Source of the DNA: a virus
Taxonomy: Duplodnaviria > Caudoviricetes
Length of the DNA stretch: 64,000 nt
IMG/VR virus record: IMGVR_UViG_3300009185_000001
Span: 96,001-160,000 of that record
Reading direction: 5' to 3' (one strand)
The translations under genes were made by a program, and so were the position numbers. The notes below the pieces were generated by a model that was not told the DNA's origin, made no database searches, and saw only the letters and a program-made list of their open reading frames with translations. Below are positions 47,577 through 56,098 of the stretch, piece by piece; position 1 is the stretch's first letter, and the number at the start of each line of letters is the position of its first letter.

Positions 47577-48050
47577 ATGGACCCTACTAATGATATAGAT
47601 AATATTATCGATCAACTTCGTGTTGATGCTGTTCCAACAGTTTCCAATCCCGTAAAAAGAAACGAAATTCAAAATTTAAATGATGAAAATGTAAGTGATT
47701 ATGTTTACAAAAAAACAGCAGAAATCATAGAGGTTGGATTGGAATCCATATCAAATTTAAAAGATATTATAACTTCTGGACAAGATCCAAAGGAAATAAC
47801 AGCACTAGCCAGTTTAATCAGCGCAACAACCAAAGCTATTGATAACCTAAATAAAATCAATTTACAATCTAAACAACATAAAAACAATTTAGAGGTTGCA
47901 AAGATAGAAGGAAATACCGCCAAACAACTTGGAATTGGCAGTCAAACAAATAACATTGTTATTGCAACAAGAGATGAAATCTTAAAAATTCAAGACAAAG
48001 AGCCTAAAAGACAAAAAATTGAATTGATTGAAGATAACTCTCAAGAATAA
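47577..48050 (+). CDS. gp16: Terminase small subunit
   Basis: DYVYKK..IIEVGLESI..DPKEITALASLI..NLNKI..TNNIVIATRDEILK resembles gp16. Confidence 0.6.
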   Translation: MDPTNDIDNIIDQLRVDAVPTVSNPVKRNEIQNLNDENVSDYVYKKTAEIIEVGLESISNLKDIITSGQDPKEITALASLISATTKAIDNLNKINLQSKQHKNNLEVAKIEGNTAKQLGIGSQTNNIVIATRDEILKIQDKEPKRQKIELIEDNSQE

Positions 48051-48096
48051 TTTTAAAATTTTTTGAAATTTTAAAATACGTAAATTAAAAAAGTAC

Positions 48097-48138
48097 AAAA
48101 AAATACCCATCCTCTTTCAAAGATGGGTAGATTTTTTT
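48097..48138. terminator. Bidirectional intrinsic terminator between convergent gp16 and gp23
   Basis: A-run, TACCCATC-10 nt-GATGGGTA, T-run. Confidence 0.75.
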
Positions 48139-48151
48139 GTGAGGTTTACTC

Positions 48152-49624
48152 TTAGAGATATCGCGCAGTCTGGTTAGAAGCAAAGCCTTCTCCGAGACCC
48201 TTGACGATGATTACATGGTAGTACAGAGAAGCACCAAAGATGTAATCTACAACTCCGTAGCGAGTCATAAGACCGACGCGAGGTGAGAAGTCATTTGGGC
48301 CGACTGTACGCTGAATCATGACAGGGATATACGGACAATATACGATACCTGTATCGTAGTATTCTGTGCCTTTATAACCAAGCAATGCATATTCCAATGC
48401 GGTTTGTCTTTGACCTGTTAGATACTGAGCATCTGTACGTGTGTCGCGGTAAACAGTAAATCTTCCACCCAATGTTCCAACTTTGGCAATGCCTGTTGGT
48501 TGTGTGTTGATATTTCCGTTTACTGGCATCCACGTAAACTCAGGGAGCATTTCAAGAATCGCGCAAACGCGAGGTGTAGCAATAATAAAATTGGCTGAAC
48601 CACGGCGGTTACGGATAGCAATGCGGTTAGCTTCGACGATGACCTTGGAGTAGAAATCACGATTTCTTTCTCCGAGCCAACGTGCGTCAGCTGACTGAGC
48701 GTACCAGAATGTGTATCCATTTGGGTTACCAGCATTAAGAGCGATTTGAATCATTCTGATGACCATTTCACGGTCGATCTCAGCCTGAATTTCATATGAC
48801 ATAGCATTTGTTAATTCAGAGTCGATATCGAGTCCGTTCATGTTCTTCAAGTCTTGCTCAAGTTCAACAGACCAGCGAGCGGCGAGGCGGCGTGTGCCAG
48901 CTTCAACGGCTGTTTTGCTGAATTCAACAGTAACTTGAGGAATGTTTCCAGTAAGTTCGAACTGGCTAAGGATAGCAGCAACACCTTGATCAGTAGAAGC
49001 AACGCTGAAATCAGCATTGCCTGTGAGTGAGGCGGCACTAGTACCTGTAAAGCGAGTATCGAGATACTGATAGCCAAGTTCATTCGGACCAGCAACACGG
49101 GGAACCGTGTAGTTGGTTGGGTCGTTTGAATCTTTAAATGAACCAGAAGTTGTTGATCCGGTTGCATATCCATCGATTCCATTTGAACCTAAGCTAGCAT
49201 TCTCATAGCGGTAACGAAGGGCAAATGCAAGTCCGACTGGACCACTCATAGGCTGAACACCGACGATCTCGTTAGTGATAAGCTCTGGGAATGTACGTCT
49301 GATCATCGGTATAAGAACCTTTGGTAAACGTGCATCACCATTAGCATAACCATCATTCGAGTTAACTGATCCCGGAGGAGCATAGATACCACCGATAGTA
49401 CTGCCAGAGCCGAAGGCTCCACCATTACCAGCGAAGTTTCCACCCTCTTCCAAGCACCAACGCTCTTGGTTTTCCATCAGCATAGCTGTGGTAACGCGAG
49501 CATGCTCGTCTTCAATTGGGCGGACTTTATCACTTGTGTAATTAAGTACCGGGGCCCATTTTTCGAGGAGTTGATTGGCACGGGATTTGTCGATGTAACC
49601 GGGTGCGGGTTTTACATTATTCAT
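48152..49624 (-). CDS. gp23: Major capsid protein
   Basis: LLEKWAPVL, MIRRTFPELI..VGVQPMSGPVGLAFALRY, LKNMNGLDIDSEL, GIVYCPYIP, TRYG. Confidence 0.97.
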   Translation of the reverse strand: MNNVKPAPGYIDKSRANQLLEKWAPVLNYTSDKVRPIEDEHARVTTAMLMENQERWCLEEGGNFAGNGGAFGSGSTIGGIYAPPGSVNSNDGYANGDARLPKVLIPMIRRTFPELITNEIVGVQPMSGPVGLAFALRYRYENASLGSNGIDGYATGSTTSGSFKDSNDPTNYTVPRVAGPNELGYQYLDTRFTGTSAASLTGNADFSVASTDQGVAAILSQFELTGNIPQVTVEFSKTAVEAGTRRLAARWSVELEQDLKNMNGLDIDSELTNAMSYEIQAEIDREMVIRMIQIALNAGNPNGYTFWYAQSADARWLGERNRDFYSKVIVEANRIAIRNRRGSANFIIATPRVCAILEMLPEFTWMPVNGNINTQPTGIAKVGTLGGRFTVYRDTRTDAQYLTGQRQTALEYALLGYKGTEYYDTGIVYCPYIPVMIQRTVGPNDFSPRVGLMTRYGVVDYIFGASLYYHVIIVKGLGEGFASNQTARYL

Positions 49625-49658
49625 TTGTTTATTTTTTCCTTTATGGATTTTAGCGTTC

Positions 49659-49680
49659 GAGAATGGCGGATTGCCTTCTC
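49659..49680 (-). promoter_or_regulatory. Hairpin in the gp23 5' leader
   Basis: Minus strand GAGAAGGC-AATCC-GCC(A)TTCTC. Confidence 0.35.
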
Positions 49681-49690
49681 CACCTTGAAA

Positions 49691-50578
49691 TTATCTTATT
49701 TCCTTTAAAGCTGTGAGATATTTGTTAACTGGTGTGTTTTCAACAGTTGTAGACTCAGAGATTACTTTTGAAGCAGGAACTCTAGCATCTTTAGAAACCG
49801 CAGTTTTTTTGGCTTCTTCTACTAAAGTTTTTGACGTTTCGCTTTCTTCTCTTTCAAACATCTCAACAACATATTTAAAGTTCTCCTCAATGTATGAGGT
49901 AGATTTGTCATTCAACAGATTTGAAATATAACCTTTTTTAGAGGCTGACATTCCTTTTGTTTTTTGTTCTAAAATTAATGAAGATTTTACAGTTTCAAAT
50001 TTTTCTTGAAGATCAATATTTTCTTTGAAAGATTCATTCAATTGATTTTCTAATTTAGTAATCTTTGCTCTTCCTTCAGAAACGATTCTTTTAACATCGC
50101 TATTCAATGATGAAGGATCAAAGGCAATGATGCTTTTGATTTGCTCTAATTGTTTGATTGCTGTTTTATTAGAAACTGCTTCTTCTAATTGTGATTGTGG
50201 AATTGCTTTTGAAAGGTAAGCATCCATGAAGTTGCTGATTTCGTTAACAACTTTTTTGCTAAATTTTTCAGCCTTTTCATTTAAGGCTTTGCGATAAAAC
50301 CCAACAAGCTGTTCGAGTTTAATTGTATGGTTTTCGTTAATAGCAGATACAACCTTTTCAAGTTTTGAGGAATGATCAGTATCAATCGCTTCTAAAAGTT
50401 TTTCTAATTTTAAAGCATGTTCGTCGTCTTGTTTGCTGAGAGCCTTTTCAACTTGCAATTCAAGTTGATCTTCGACCTTTTCACTAACAGCTGATTCAAA
50501 CGCTTCAGCAATTGCGGAAGCAGCTTCTTCATTGAGAACGTTTGTATCAATATTTGAAATGATTGATGAGATATCCAT
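49691..50578 (-). CDS. gp22: Prohead core scaffold protein
   Basis: Coiled coil; AIAEAFESAV N-terminus; VNKYLTAL C-terminus; directly upstream of gp23. Confidence 0.85.
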   Translation of the reverse strand: MDISSIISNIDTNVLNEEAASAIAEAFESAVSEKVEDQLELQVEKALSKQDDEHALKLEKLLEAIDTDHSSKLEKVVSAINENHTIKLEQLVGFYRKALNEKAEKFSKKVVNEISNFMDAYLSKAIPQSQLEEAVSNKTAIKQLEQIKSIIAFDPSSLNSDVKRIVSEGRAKITKLENQLNESFKENIDLQEKFETVKSSLILEQKTKGMSASKKGYISNLLNDKSTSYIEENFKYVVEMFEREESETSKTLVEEAKKTAVSKDARVPASKVISESTTVENTPVNKYLTALKEIR

Positions 50579-50599
50579 ATTATATATTACTATTTACTC

Positions 50600-50875
50600 T
50601 TACTTCTTTCCTTTTTTATTATTTTTTTTCAACTGCTTAAAATCAGCACCTGTGATTTTATTTTTTGGTTTTGCAGCACTTGCAAGTTTTTTTTGAGCAG
50701 GAGATAATTTTTTCTCGGCAATTTTCTTGACGCGAGATTTTACTTTTTCAGTAACCACTTTATCTAAAGTTGTGTTAGCATCAGAATAATTTTTTTCGCA
50801 GATTTGAGCTACCAATTTAGAAATTAAGTTTCGAATATTCATATTAATATTATTATTTATCCTAGTGCTATACAA
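50600..50875 (-). CDS. Small prohead core protein (gp67/68-like)
   Basis: Between gp21 and gp22; LSPAQKKLA..KITGADFKQLKK. Confidence 0.55.
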   Translation of the reverse strand: MYSTRINNNINMNIRNLISKLVAQICEKNYSDANTTLDKVVTEKVKSRVKKIAEKKLSPAQKKLASAAKPKNKITGADFKQLKKNNKKGKK

Positions 50876-50876
50876 A

Positions 50877-52655
50877 TTAAAGTTTCTTTAATGAATTAAT
50901 AAATTTAATTATTTCTTCAGTGAGATATTTATTGCCTTCTTTTGTGGGAATATTTGAAATGGCTTTTTCAAATCTGTCATATGCAGGAGCAAATTTACCA
51001 TCTTCATTTAATATCCATTGTTTAGATTCTAGAATACCATTTACAAAAGCAGAAGGAACCGAAGGATCAGCAACAACGTCAACGGCAACAAGTCTAAAAT
51101 CAGCAACACGATTAACACCGGATTTACTTTCTTCTAATCTGCCTAATGCACGACTAGAAACACCGAGCTTAACACCATCCATGATCAATGAACGAACGAT
51201 TTGTCCCATGGGAGTAGAAAGAACTTTTGATTTTCCTTCAAAAATATTGCCATTCTGTTTCAATTCTGTAACAACATGACAAACTCTTTCAAGGTTTATT
51301 TCTGGAGAGTTACCAGTCCAAGAACACTTGCCATTGTCCATGCAATAAAAATTTTCATTTGGAACAGAAACACAATATACTCTGTCATCAAAATCATTTA
51401 CTTCTTCTATTTTTAAAAACCTATCATCCAAACAAACATATTCTGTTTTTGCTATATTTAATTGATATAAGGGAACTTTATTTTCTGCTTTTATTATTCG
51501 ATCTGCAAATTTATAATCTGCTTCGGTAATAATAGTTGTAATATTTCCACATCCGCCAGATTTAAGGAGAATTTCATTGAAATCTAACATTAATTGTTTT
51601 GATGTAGAAAAGATATTTCTGATTTCATATTCTCCAGCTTCTTGAATAACTGTAGAAAACCTACCATCACCTAAATTAAACCAATATATCATTTCCTCTA
51701 AAAGAGGAGCAGAAATATTTTTAAATTGCTTTGGAATTTTTTTATTGTAACAATTAGTTCCAAAATTTTCTTTTAAAAATTGAGAAAGTCTTAAATCTCT
51801 TAAAATAAATGTGGATGTTCCACTAGAAGATATATTTTCAGACCATTTCATTTCTTCTGGAAACTTGGAAAGAAGTTCTCTTATTTGAATTTTTATTTCT
51901 TCTTTTCTTTGTGTAATTCCAATCGTTGTTTCTCTGTGGGTTACGGTATAACCTTCTGCCAACCATATACCCAAAAATTGAACAAATGTTTTATAATCAA
52001 TTTTAGAATCAATTTCTGGATTTATTAAATACTTTCCTTTTTTTAAAGTATTTTTAACTCCTTTTAAAATAAAAAAATCAGGAGTTTCAGCAAACCAGTT
52101 TCCTGTTTTTGGAATTCTGTGTTTATTGTATTTTGTTCTATTATTAAAAATTTCTTCGATTGTAACAAAAACAGGATTGTTATATCTATCAATTAAAAGA
52201 AGTCTGTGAGTAGGAGTAATAAGAGTGTTTATGTTTCTTCCATTTACTCTATACATTTTTCCTTTATATTCTTGATCTATTTTTTTTGTTATTTGATTGA
52301 GTTCTATTTCTCTGGTTTTAGGATTTAAAGTATAAACCTTTTCAGTTTCAGATATTTCGGTTATATTCTTCCAACCATCTTCGCAAAGTATTGATGCTGA
52401 TGATGTTATACAGGAAGGGTGATTCAATTCCCCGGTGGCTCTTTTTGTTACAATCATTTCGTCATTATAACGATTAACTTCTTTAACCATTTCTTCTAGT
52501 GGATAAACTCTTTTATTTTTATTGGCTTCATTAGCCATTAAAAATGGTCCTTGGATATGAAGGATTGAAGGAGTATTTCTATTACGTTCCTCGATGAGGT
52601 ACTGAACATCATAGGTTGGTTGTTCTACTAAAAGACTATAAGCATTTTTTGACAT
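50877..52655 (-). CDS. gp21: Prohead protease, intein-containing
   Basis: GPFLMA..NKNKRVYP..GELNHP[intein]..GVSSRALG..DVVADPS..AFVNGILES. Confidence 0.93.
   Translation of the reverse strand: MSKNAYSLLVEQPTYDVQYLIEERNRNTPSILHIQGPFLMANEANKNKRVYPLEEMVKEVNRYNDEMIVTKRATGELNHPSCITSSASILCEDGWKNITEISETEKVYTLNPKTREIELNQITKKIDQEYKGKMYRVNGRNINTLITPTHRLLLIDRYNNPVFVTIEEIFNNRTKYNKHRIPKTGNWFAETPDFFILKGVKNTLKKGKYLINPEIDSKIDYKTFVQFLGIWLAEGYTVTHRETTIGITQRKEEIKIQIRELLSKFPEEMKWSENISSSGTSTFILRDLRLSQFLKENFGTNCYNKKIPKQFKNISAPLLEEMIYWFNLGDGRFSTVIQEAGEYEIRNIFSTSKQLMLDFNEILLKSGGCGNITTIITEADYKFADRIIKAENKVPLYQLNIAKTEYVCLDDRFLKIEEVNDFDDRVYCVSVPNENFYCMDNGKCSWTGNSPEINLERVCHVVTELKQNGNIFEGKSKVLSTPMGQIVRSLIMDGVKLGVSSRALGRLEESKSGVNRVADFRLVAVDVVADPSVPSAFVNGILESKQWILNEDGKFAPAYDRFEKAISNIPTKEGNKYLTEEIIKFINSLKKL
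51309..52412 (-). mobile_element. Intein (Cys82-Asn449, 368 aa) with LAGLIDADG homing endonuclease
   Basis: Cys1 CITS; block B TPTH; FLGIWLAEG and WFNLGDG; block F VYCVSV; terminal WTGN followed by Ser+1; removal restores GELNHPSSPEINLERVCH. Confidence 0.92.
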
Positions 52656-52671
52656 ATGTATTCTTTTTATA

Positions 52672-52712
52672 TATTTATCGATATTGCTATCAACTTTGTT
52701 ATTTATATTTAC
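52672..52712 (-). promoter_or_regulatory. Cluster of three late-promoter motifs upstream of the gp21-gp23 operon
   Basis: GTAAATATAAATA (52700-52712) and ATAAATA (52672-52678). Confidence 0.6.
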
Positions 52713-52728
52713 ACTGGAAGATCACTAT

Positions 52729-53193
52729 TCAAGCATTTATATGCTTTTCAGTTAAAATTAAAAACTGATATCCTTTATTTTTAGCATATTGTTCTGCTGC
52801 TTTCCATTTGGCTTGATTTACAGCCCATTGTGTATTTTCATAAATCATTGTTTTAACTTTTTTATTCTTAGTAGCCTCTGGTTTCATGGTTTGCTTGTGA
52901 GGTTTTATTTCTATTAATAATTTTTTTATTTCACCAGATCTGTCTTTAAGAGCAGCAACAAGATCCACGAAGTATCTATGAAGTTTTCCATCTAAGGGAG
53001 ATTGATATGGAACAACAACACTTTCCGATCCCCATGTAATAACATTTAAATTATTATCAAACCAACGAAAAACCTTTAATTCTAAAGAAGAACGATATAT
53101 ACAAGGAAGAGAACCTTTATACTTTTCTGGATTTAATATACTATAAATTCCTTGTATATAGTTGGAATTTTTTTTACCAATTTTAGGTTTCAT
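52729..53193 (-). CDS. gp4: Head completion nuclease
   Basis: NPEKYKG..YRSSLE..WGSE..VPY.SPLDGKLHRYFVD..IEIKP..NQAKWKAA..FLILTE. Confidence 0.9.
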   Translation of the reverse strand: MKPKIGKKNSNYIQGIYSILNPEKYKGSLPCIYRSSLELKVFRWFDNNLNVITWGSESVVVPYQSPLDGKLHRYFVDLVAALKDRSGEIKKLLIEIKPHKQTMKPEATKNKKVKTMIYENTQWAVNQAKWKAAEQYAKNKGYQFLILTEKHINA

Positions 53194-53195
53194 TT

Positions 53196-54083
53196 TTAAC
53201 CGACAAAGAAGCGGATAGGATCTCTGTCAATAGTATCTTTGGTTATTTCTTCTTCTAAAGCAGCCTTTTCCTGAGTTCCTTGTGACATCAAATCACTATA
53301 GTTTAATGTTTGTCCTCCGAATAAGTTGGTTCCAGCAAATTTTCCTCTTGTATGACCAACGGCTATTTTTGTTAAAGCCAAAGTATATCTATAAACCCAC
53401 AGTTGACCTACCAAGTATTTTAAAGGCTTTAGTATTTTACAACCCAGTAATCCAAAGTATGGGGTGCTGCTTTGTTGGGATGGTTCTGGAATAATTTTTA
53501 AAATTTGAGAATCAGGATCAAATCTAAGATAAGGCGTCAGTGCCAATAACTTATCTCTTGTATCTAACCATGTTTTAAGTGCTTGCCAAGTAACTAAATC
53601 ATAACCAACATTTCCAAGCAATTGACCGAAGTATGCTTGTTGAGCAATTGTATTTTCAATAGTAAAAAGGGTATTAACTCCTGTATTATTTCCTTCTGCA
53701 AATGAGAATACGTCTACAACTCTTCTATAATCATCTAAGTCATAATCATAACAAGCACTTAACGAAGGATTGGATGTATTTGAATTATACATGTCTGGAG
53801 TAATGTTCATCAACTTTCCAATCTCAAGACCAACTCCAGATTTATATAGATCGGATCTAAAAATTAAATATTCTTCTTCCAAACCTGCAAATTTCGTGAA
53901 ATATTCGATTGCAATATCAATCATTTCATAGATTTGCTCACTACTAATTTCTATTTGAATTAAAGGTTCGCCCAAGCTTCTACGAACTCTTTGTGCCAAA
54001 AGATCATAGCTTTTAATTTGAGTATTAAAAGTTGTACCGCCATGAAAAGAATTAGGTAAAACTGGTTGTGATGGATAAGGCAT
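53196..54083 (-). CDS. gp13: Neck protein
   Basis: RRSLGEPLIQIEISSEQIYEMIDIAIEYF; WVYRYTLAL.K..GKF..GGQTLN. Confidence 0.8.
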   Translation of the reverse strand: MPYPSQPVLPNSFHGGTTFNTQIKSYDLLAQRVRRSLGEPLIQIEISSEQIYEMIDIAIEYFTKFAGLEEEYLIFRSDLYKSGVGLEIGKLMNITPDMYNSNTSNPSLSACYDYDLDDYRRVVDVFSFAEGNNTGVNTLFTIENTIAQQAYFGQLLGNVGYDLVTWQALKTWLDTRDKLLALTPYLRFDPDSQILKIIPEPSQQSSTPYFGLLGCKILKPLKYLVGQLWVYRYTLALTKIAVGHTRGKFAGTNLFGGQTLNYSDLMSQGTQEKAALEEEITKDTIDRDPIRFFVG

Positions 54084-54097
54084 ATATAATATACTTA

Positions 54098-54865
54098 TTA
54101 CAATGCTGTCGTAATTAACTGTCCTGAATTATCTACGGTAATTCTCCATCTATTGTTATTCGGTGATCTTAATATCACGCCTTTGTTAAAGTCCGTTACT
54201 TCTATGTCTTCTGTTATACTAGCATTACCCACAACATTTAAAGCTTCTGTAGGACTGTCTGTATTGATTCCAACCTTGTTTGATCCTACATATAAAGAAA
54301 TTGTTTCTTGATTGTTATTAATTTCTAAATTATTGGTTACATATAAACTTCCCGTAGAACTTAAATTATTTACATATGTAAAATTTTCCGCATGACTTGT
54401 TAGATTAGAACCTAAAGTAAAAACATTTTCGTGTTGAATTAAATTATTTGTACCCGCAGCATTAAAAGAATTGTTAGAATCTAATAAAATTTTATTATTA
54501 TATCCTGCACCTATAAATGAAAAATTACTTTGAATTTCATTCTCTTCTCCATTTGTTATTGTAGATGCCGCACCGGAAACTTTATTATTTATGCCATTAA
54601 AAACTGATGAAAATATTTCATCAGCTATATTATTTCCATATTGAAATGAATATGAACTTAGATTCTGATTAAATGTAAATAAATTATGCTCAGAATTTAA
54701 AAAAGAAATTAGAGACTCGTTTTCATCATTAATTTTTTTAAAAAATATCTTACCATCAGCAAGATTCAGTGCCAATTCACCCAATTCTAATGCAGATAAA
54801 TCAGGTGTTCTATTGGAAATTGTTGATCTTTTAAATTTTATGATACTTTCGCCTAGAGATGGCAT
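54098..54865 (-). CDS. Short fibre-like virion protein
   Basis: IKFKRS..GELALNLADGKIFFK N-terminal module; GINTDSPTEALNVVGN; LRSPNNNRWRITVDNSGQL. Confidence 0.65.
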   Translation of the reverse strand: MPSLGESIIKFKRSTISNRTPDLSALELGELALNLADGKIFFKKINDENESLISFLNSEHNLFTFNQNLSSYSFQYGNNIADEIFSSVFNGINNKVSGAASTITNGEENEIQSNFSFIGAGYNNKILLDSNNSFNAAGTNNLIQHENVFTLGSNLTSHAENFTYVNNLSSTGSLYVTNNLEINNNQETISLYVGSNKVGINTDSPTEALNVVGNASITEDIEVTDFNKGVILRSPNNNRWRITVDNSGQLITTAL

Positions 54866-54906
54866 AATATATCACATATTTAGTAAAAAAATTGATTTTT
54901 TCAATG

Positions 54907-55074
54907 CTAAAATTCTTCTGCGGCTGAAAGACTTGGAATATTTGATCCGATATATAGAGTTTTATTGGTTTCGTTAAATGCCAATTCACCTTTATTAAGC
55001 ATTGGTGGTGGTCCTGCTTCTCCACTAACTCTTCTTTTAATTAAAATTGTGCTGTATATTCTTTGTTCTTCCAT
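54907..55074 (-). CDS. 55-aa protein consisting only of the fibre N-terminal module
   Basis: Not in ORF track; MEEQRIYSTILIKRRVSGEAGPPPMLNKGELAFNETNKTLYIGSNIPSLSAAEEF; TAAGTA at 55080-55085. Confidence 0.8.
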   Translation of the reverse strand: MEEQRIYSTILIKRRVSGEAGPPPMLNKGELAFNETNKTLYIGSNIPSLSAAEEF

Positions 55075-55088
55075 GACTATACTTATAC

Positions 55089-55129
55089 AAAAAAATAAGG
55101 AGTATGCGATTAAACATACTCCTTATTTT
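55089..55129 (-). terminator. Intrinsic terminator
   Basis: 15-bp perfect arms 55092-55106 and 55115-55129, 8-nt loop, T-run on the minus strand. Confidence 0.7.
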
Positions 55130-55149
55130 ATATATTTTTTTAAAAAAAA

Positions 55150-55245
55150 TTATTTCTTTTTGTTCGCCCCTTTTTTGGAAGATTTAGAACCTTCTTTTTT
55201 TGGCTTTTTAACTTCTTTTTTGTGAGCGTTATTTCCTTTGGCCAT
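55150..55245 (-). CDS. 31-aa Lys-rich peptide
   Basis: Not in ORF track; MAKGNNAHKKEVKKPKKEGSKSSKKGANKKK; lies between a hairpin and a terminator. Confidence 0.6.
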   Translation of the reverse strand: MAKGNNAHKKEVKKPKKEGSKSSKKGANKKK

Positions 55246-55270
55246 GATTTTTTCTTTCTATTTTTAAAAT

Positions 55271-55299
55271 CCCTGCACTGGGTTAGGACCAATGCAGGG
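55271..55299 (-). repeat. Hairpin repeat copy 2 (terminator/attenuator-like)
   Basis: CCCTGCACTGGGTTAGGACCAATGCAGGG; 28/29 identical to 56044-56072. Confidence 0.8.
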
Positions 55300-55318
55300 T
55301 CTTATTTAATCGTTTATA

Positions 55319-55996
55319 TTATCCAACAAATTTAACTTTGCCGTAGAATTTAGCTTTACCTTGGATCTTGGTAAGTGTGTTTAAAGTAGGTGTTGTACCT
55401 AATTCCAGCCCAGTTCCATTGTTGTAGAGTTCGGCGACTTCTGCATCGCTCAATGCTCTGTTCCAGATACCAACTGCGTCGATTTGACCGTTGAAGTAAT
55501 TAATATTGCTTCCGCTACCAATAAAAAATTGGTCAACAGTTGCTAAAGTAGATTGAGAAGTTTGAATCAAAGAACCATTAATATAAAGGCTCATGTTTGC
55601 ACCTTCAGTTTTAAAGCAAACGTGATACCAATTATTTGTAGAAACAACCCCTTCGTTGCTTGACATTTGTGGGTAAGTGTAGTCATTCAACCAAACTTGT
55701 CCGTTAGGTTGAATTGCTAAATTTACAGTAGGTGTTGGATAGTTACGAATTCCGAAGAGAGTAGATTCTCCGTCTATAGAATTTGAATTAAACCAGAGCG
55801 AAACTGTAGCGGAATTAGAAAAAGGAATTTGGAAATTCCCATCCATTTCATTTGTTCCATCAAACACAGCAGCATTTCCAATTTTGCCAGAAGCAAAAGA
55901 GACATTGCCGTTGTTGGTGAGGGTGCGGTTGTTGCCGGAGGAGTCGTTTGTATTGTCTAGCTTATAAAAAGCCAATAAGTTGTTTGTAAGTGCCAT
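55319..55996 (-). CDS. LamG/concanavalin A-like domain protein
   Basis: LLAFYKLD..SGNNRTLT..TVSLWF..NNWYHV..LYING..FNGQIDAVGIWNRALSDAEVAELYN. Confidence 0.85.
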   Translation of the reverse strand: MALTNNLLAFYKLDNTNDSSGNNRTLTNNGNVSFASGKIGNAAVFDGTNEMDGNFQIPFSNSATVSLWFNSNSIDGESTLFGIRNYPTPTVNLAIQPNGQVWLNDYTYPQMSSNEGVVSTNNWYHVCFKTEGANMSLYINGSLIQTSQSTLATVDQFFIGSGSNINYFNGQIDAVGIWNRALSDAEVAELYNNGTGLELGTTPTLNTLTKIQGKAKFYGKVKFVG

Positions 55997-56042
55997 AATA
56001 TTTTGTTTTTTTCTATTTGTTTTTTAATTGTTTTTTTTAAAA

Positions 56043-56073
56043 CCCCTGCACTGGGTTAGAACCAATGCAGGGG
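56043..56073 (-). repeat. Hairpin repeat copy 1 (terminator/attenuator-like)
   Basis: CCCCTGCACTGGGTTAGAACCAATGCAGGGG; minus strand followed by TTTT. Confidence 0.8.
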
Positions 56074-56098
56074 CTTAAGTTTGATTTATTCTAATTTT

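Noticed and set aside
48520-49708. Alternative-frame ORFs overlapping gp23
   Set aside because: By-products of strong codon bias in the capsid gene
55092-55190. AAGGAG-T-ATG inside the 15-bp hairpin opening a 27-aa hydrophobic peptide (type I toxin-like)
   Set aside because: Only 1 nt between the SD-like motif and ATG; the hairpin is adequately explained as a terminator
54831-55225. Track ORFs 54831..55025 (-) and 54965..55225 (+)
   Set aside because: Wrong frame or antisense to the two better-supported small ORFs at 54907-55074 and 55150-55245
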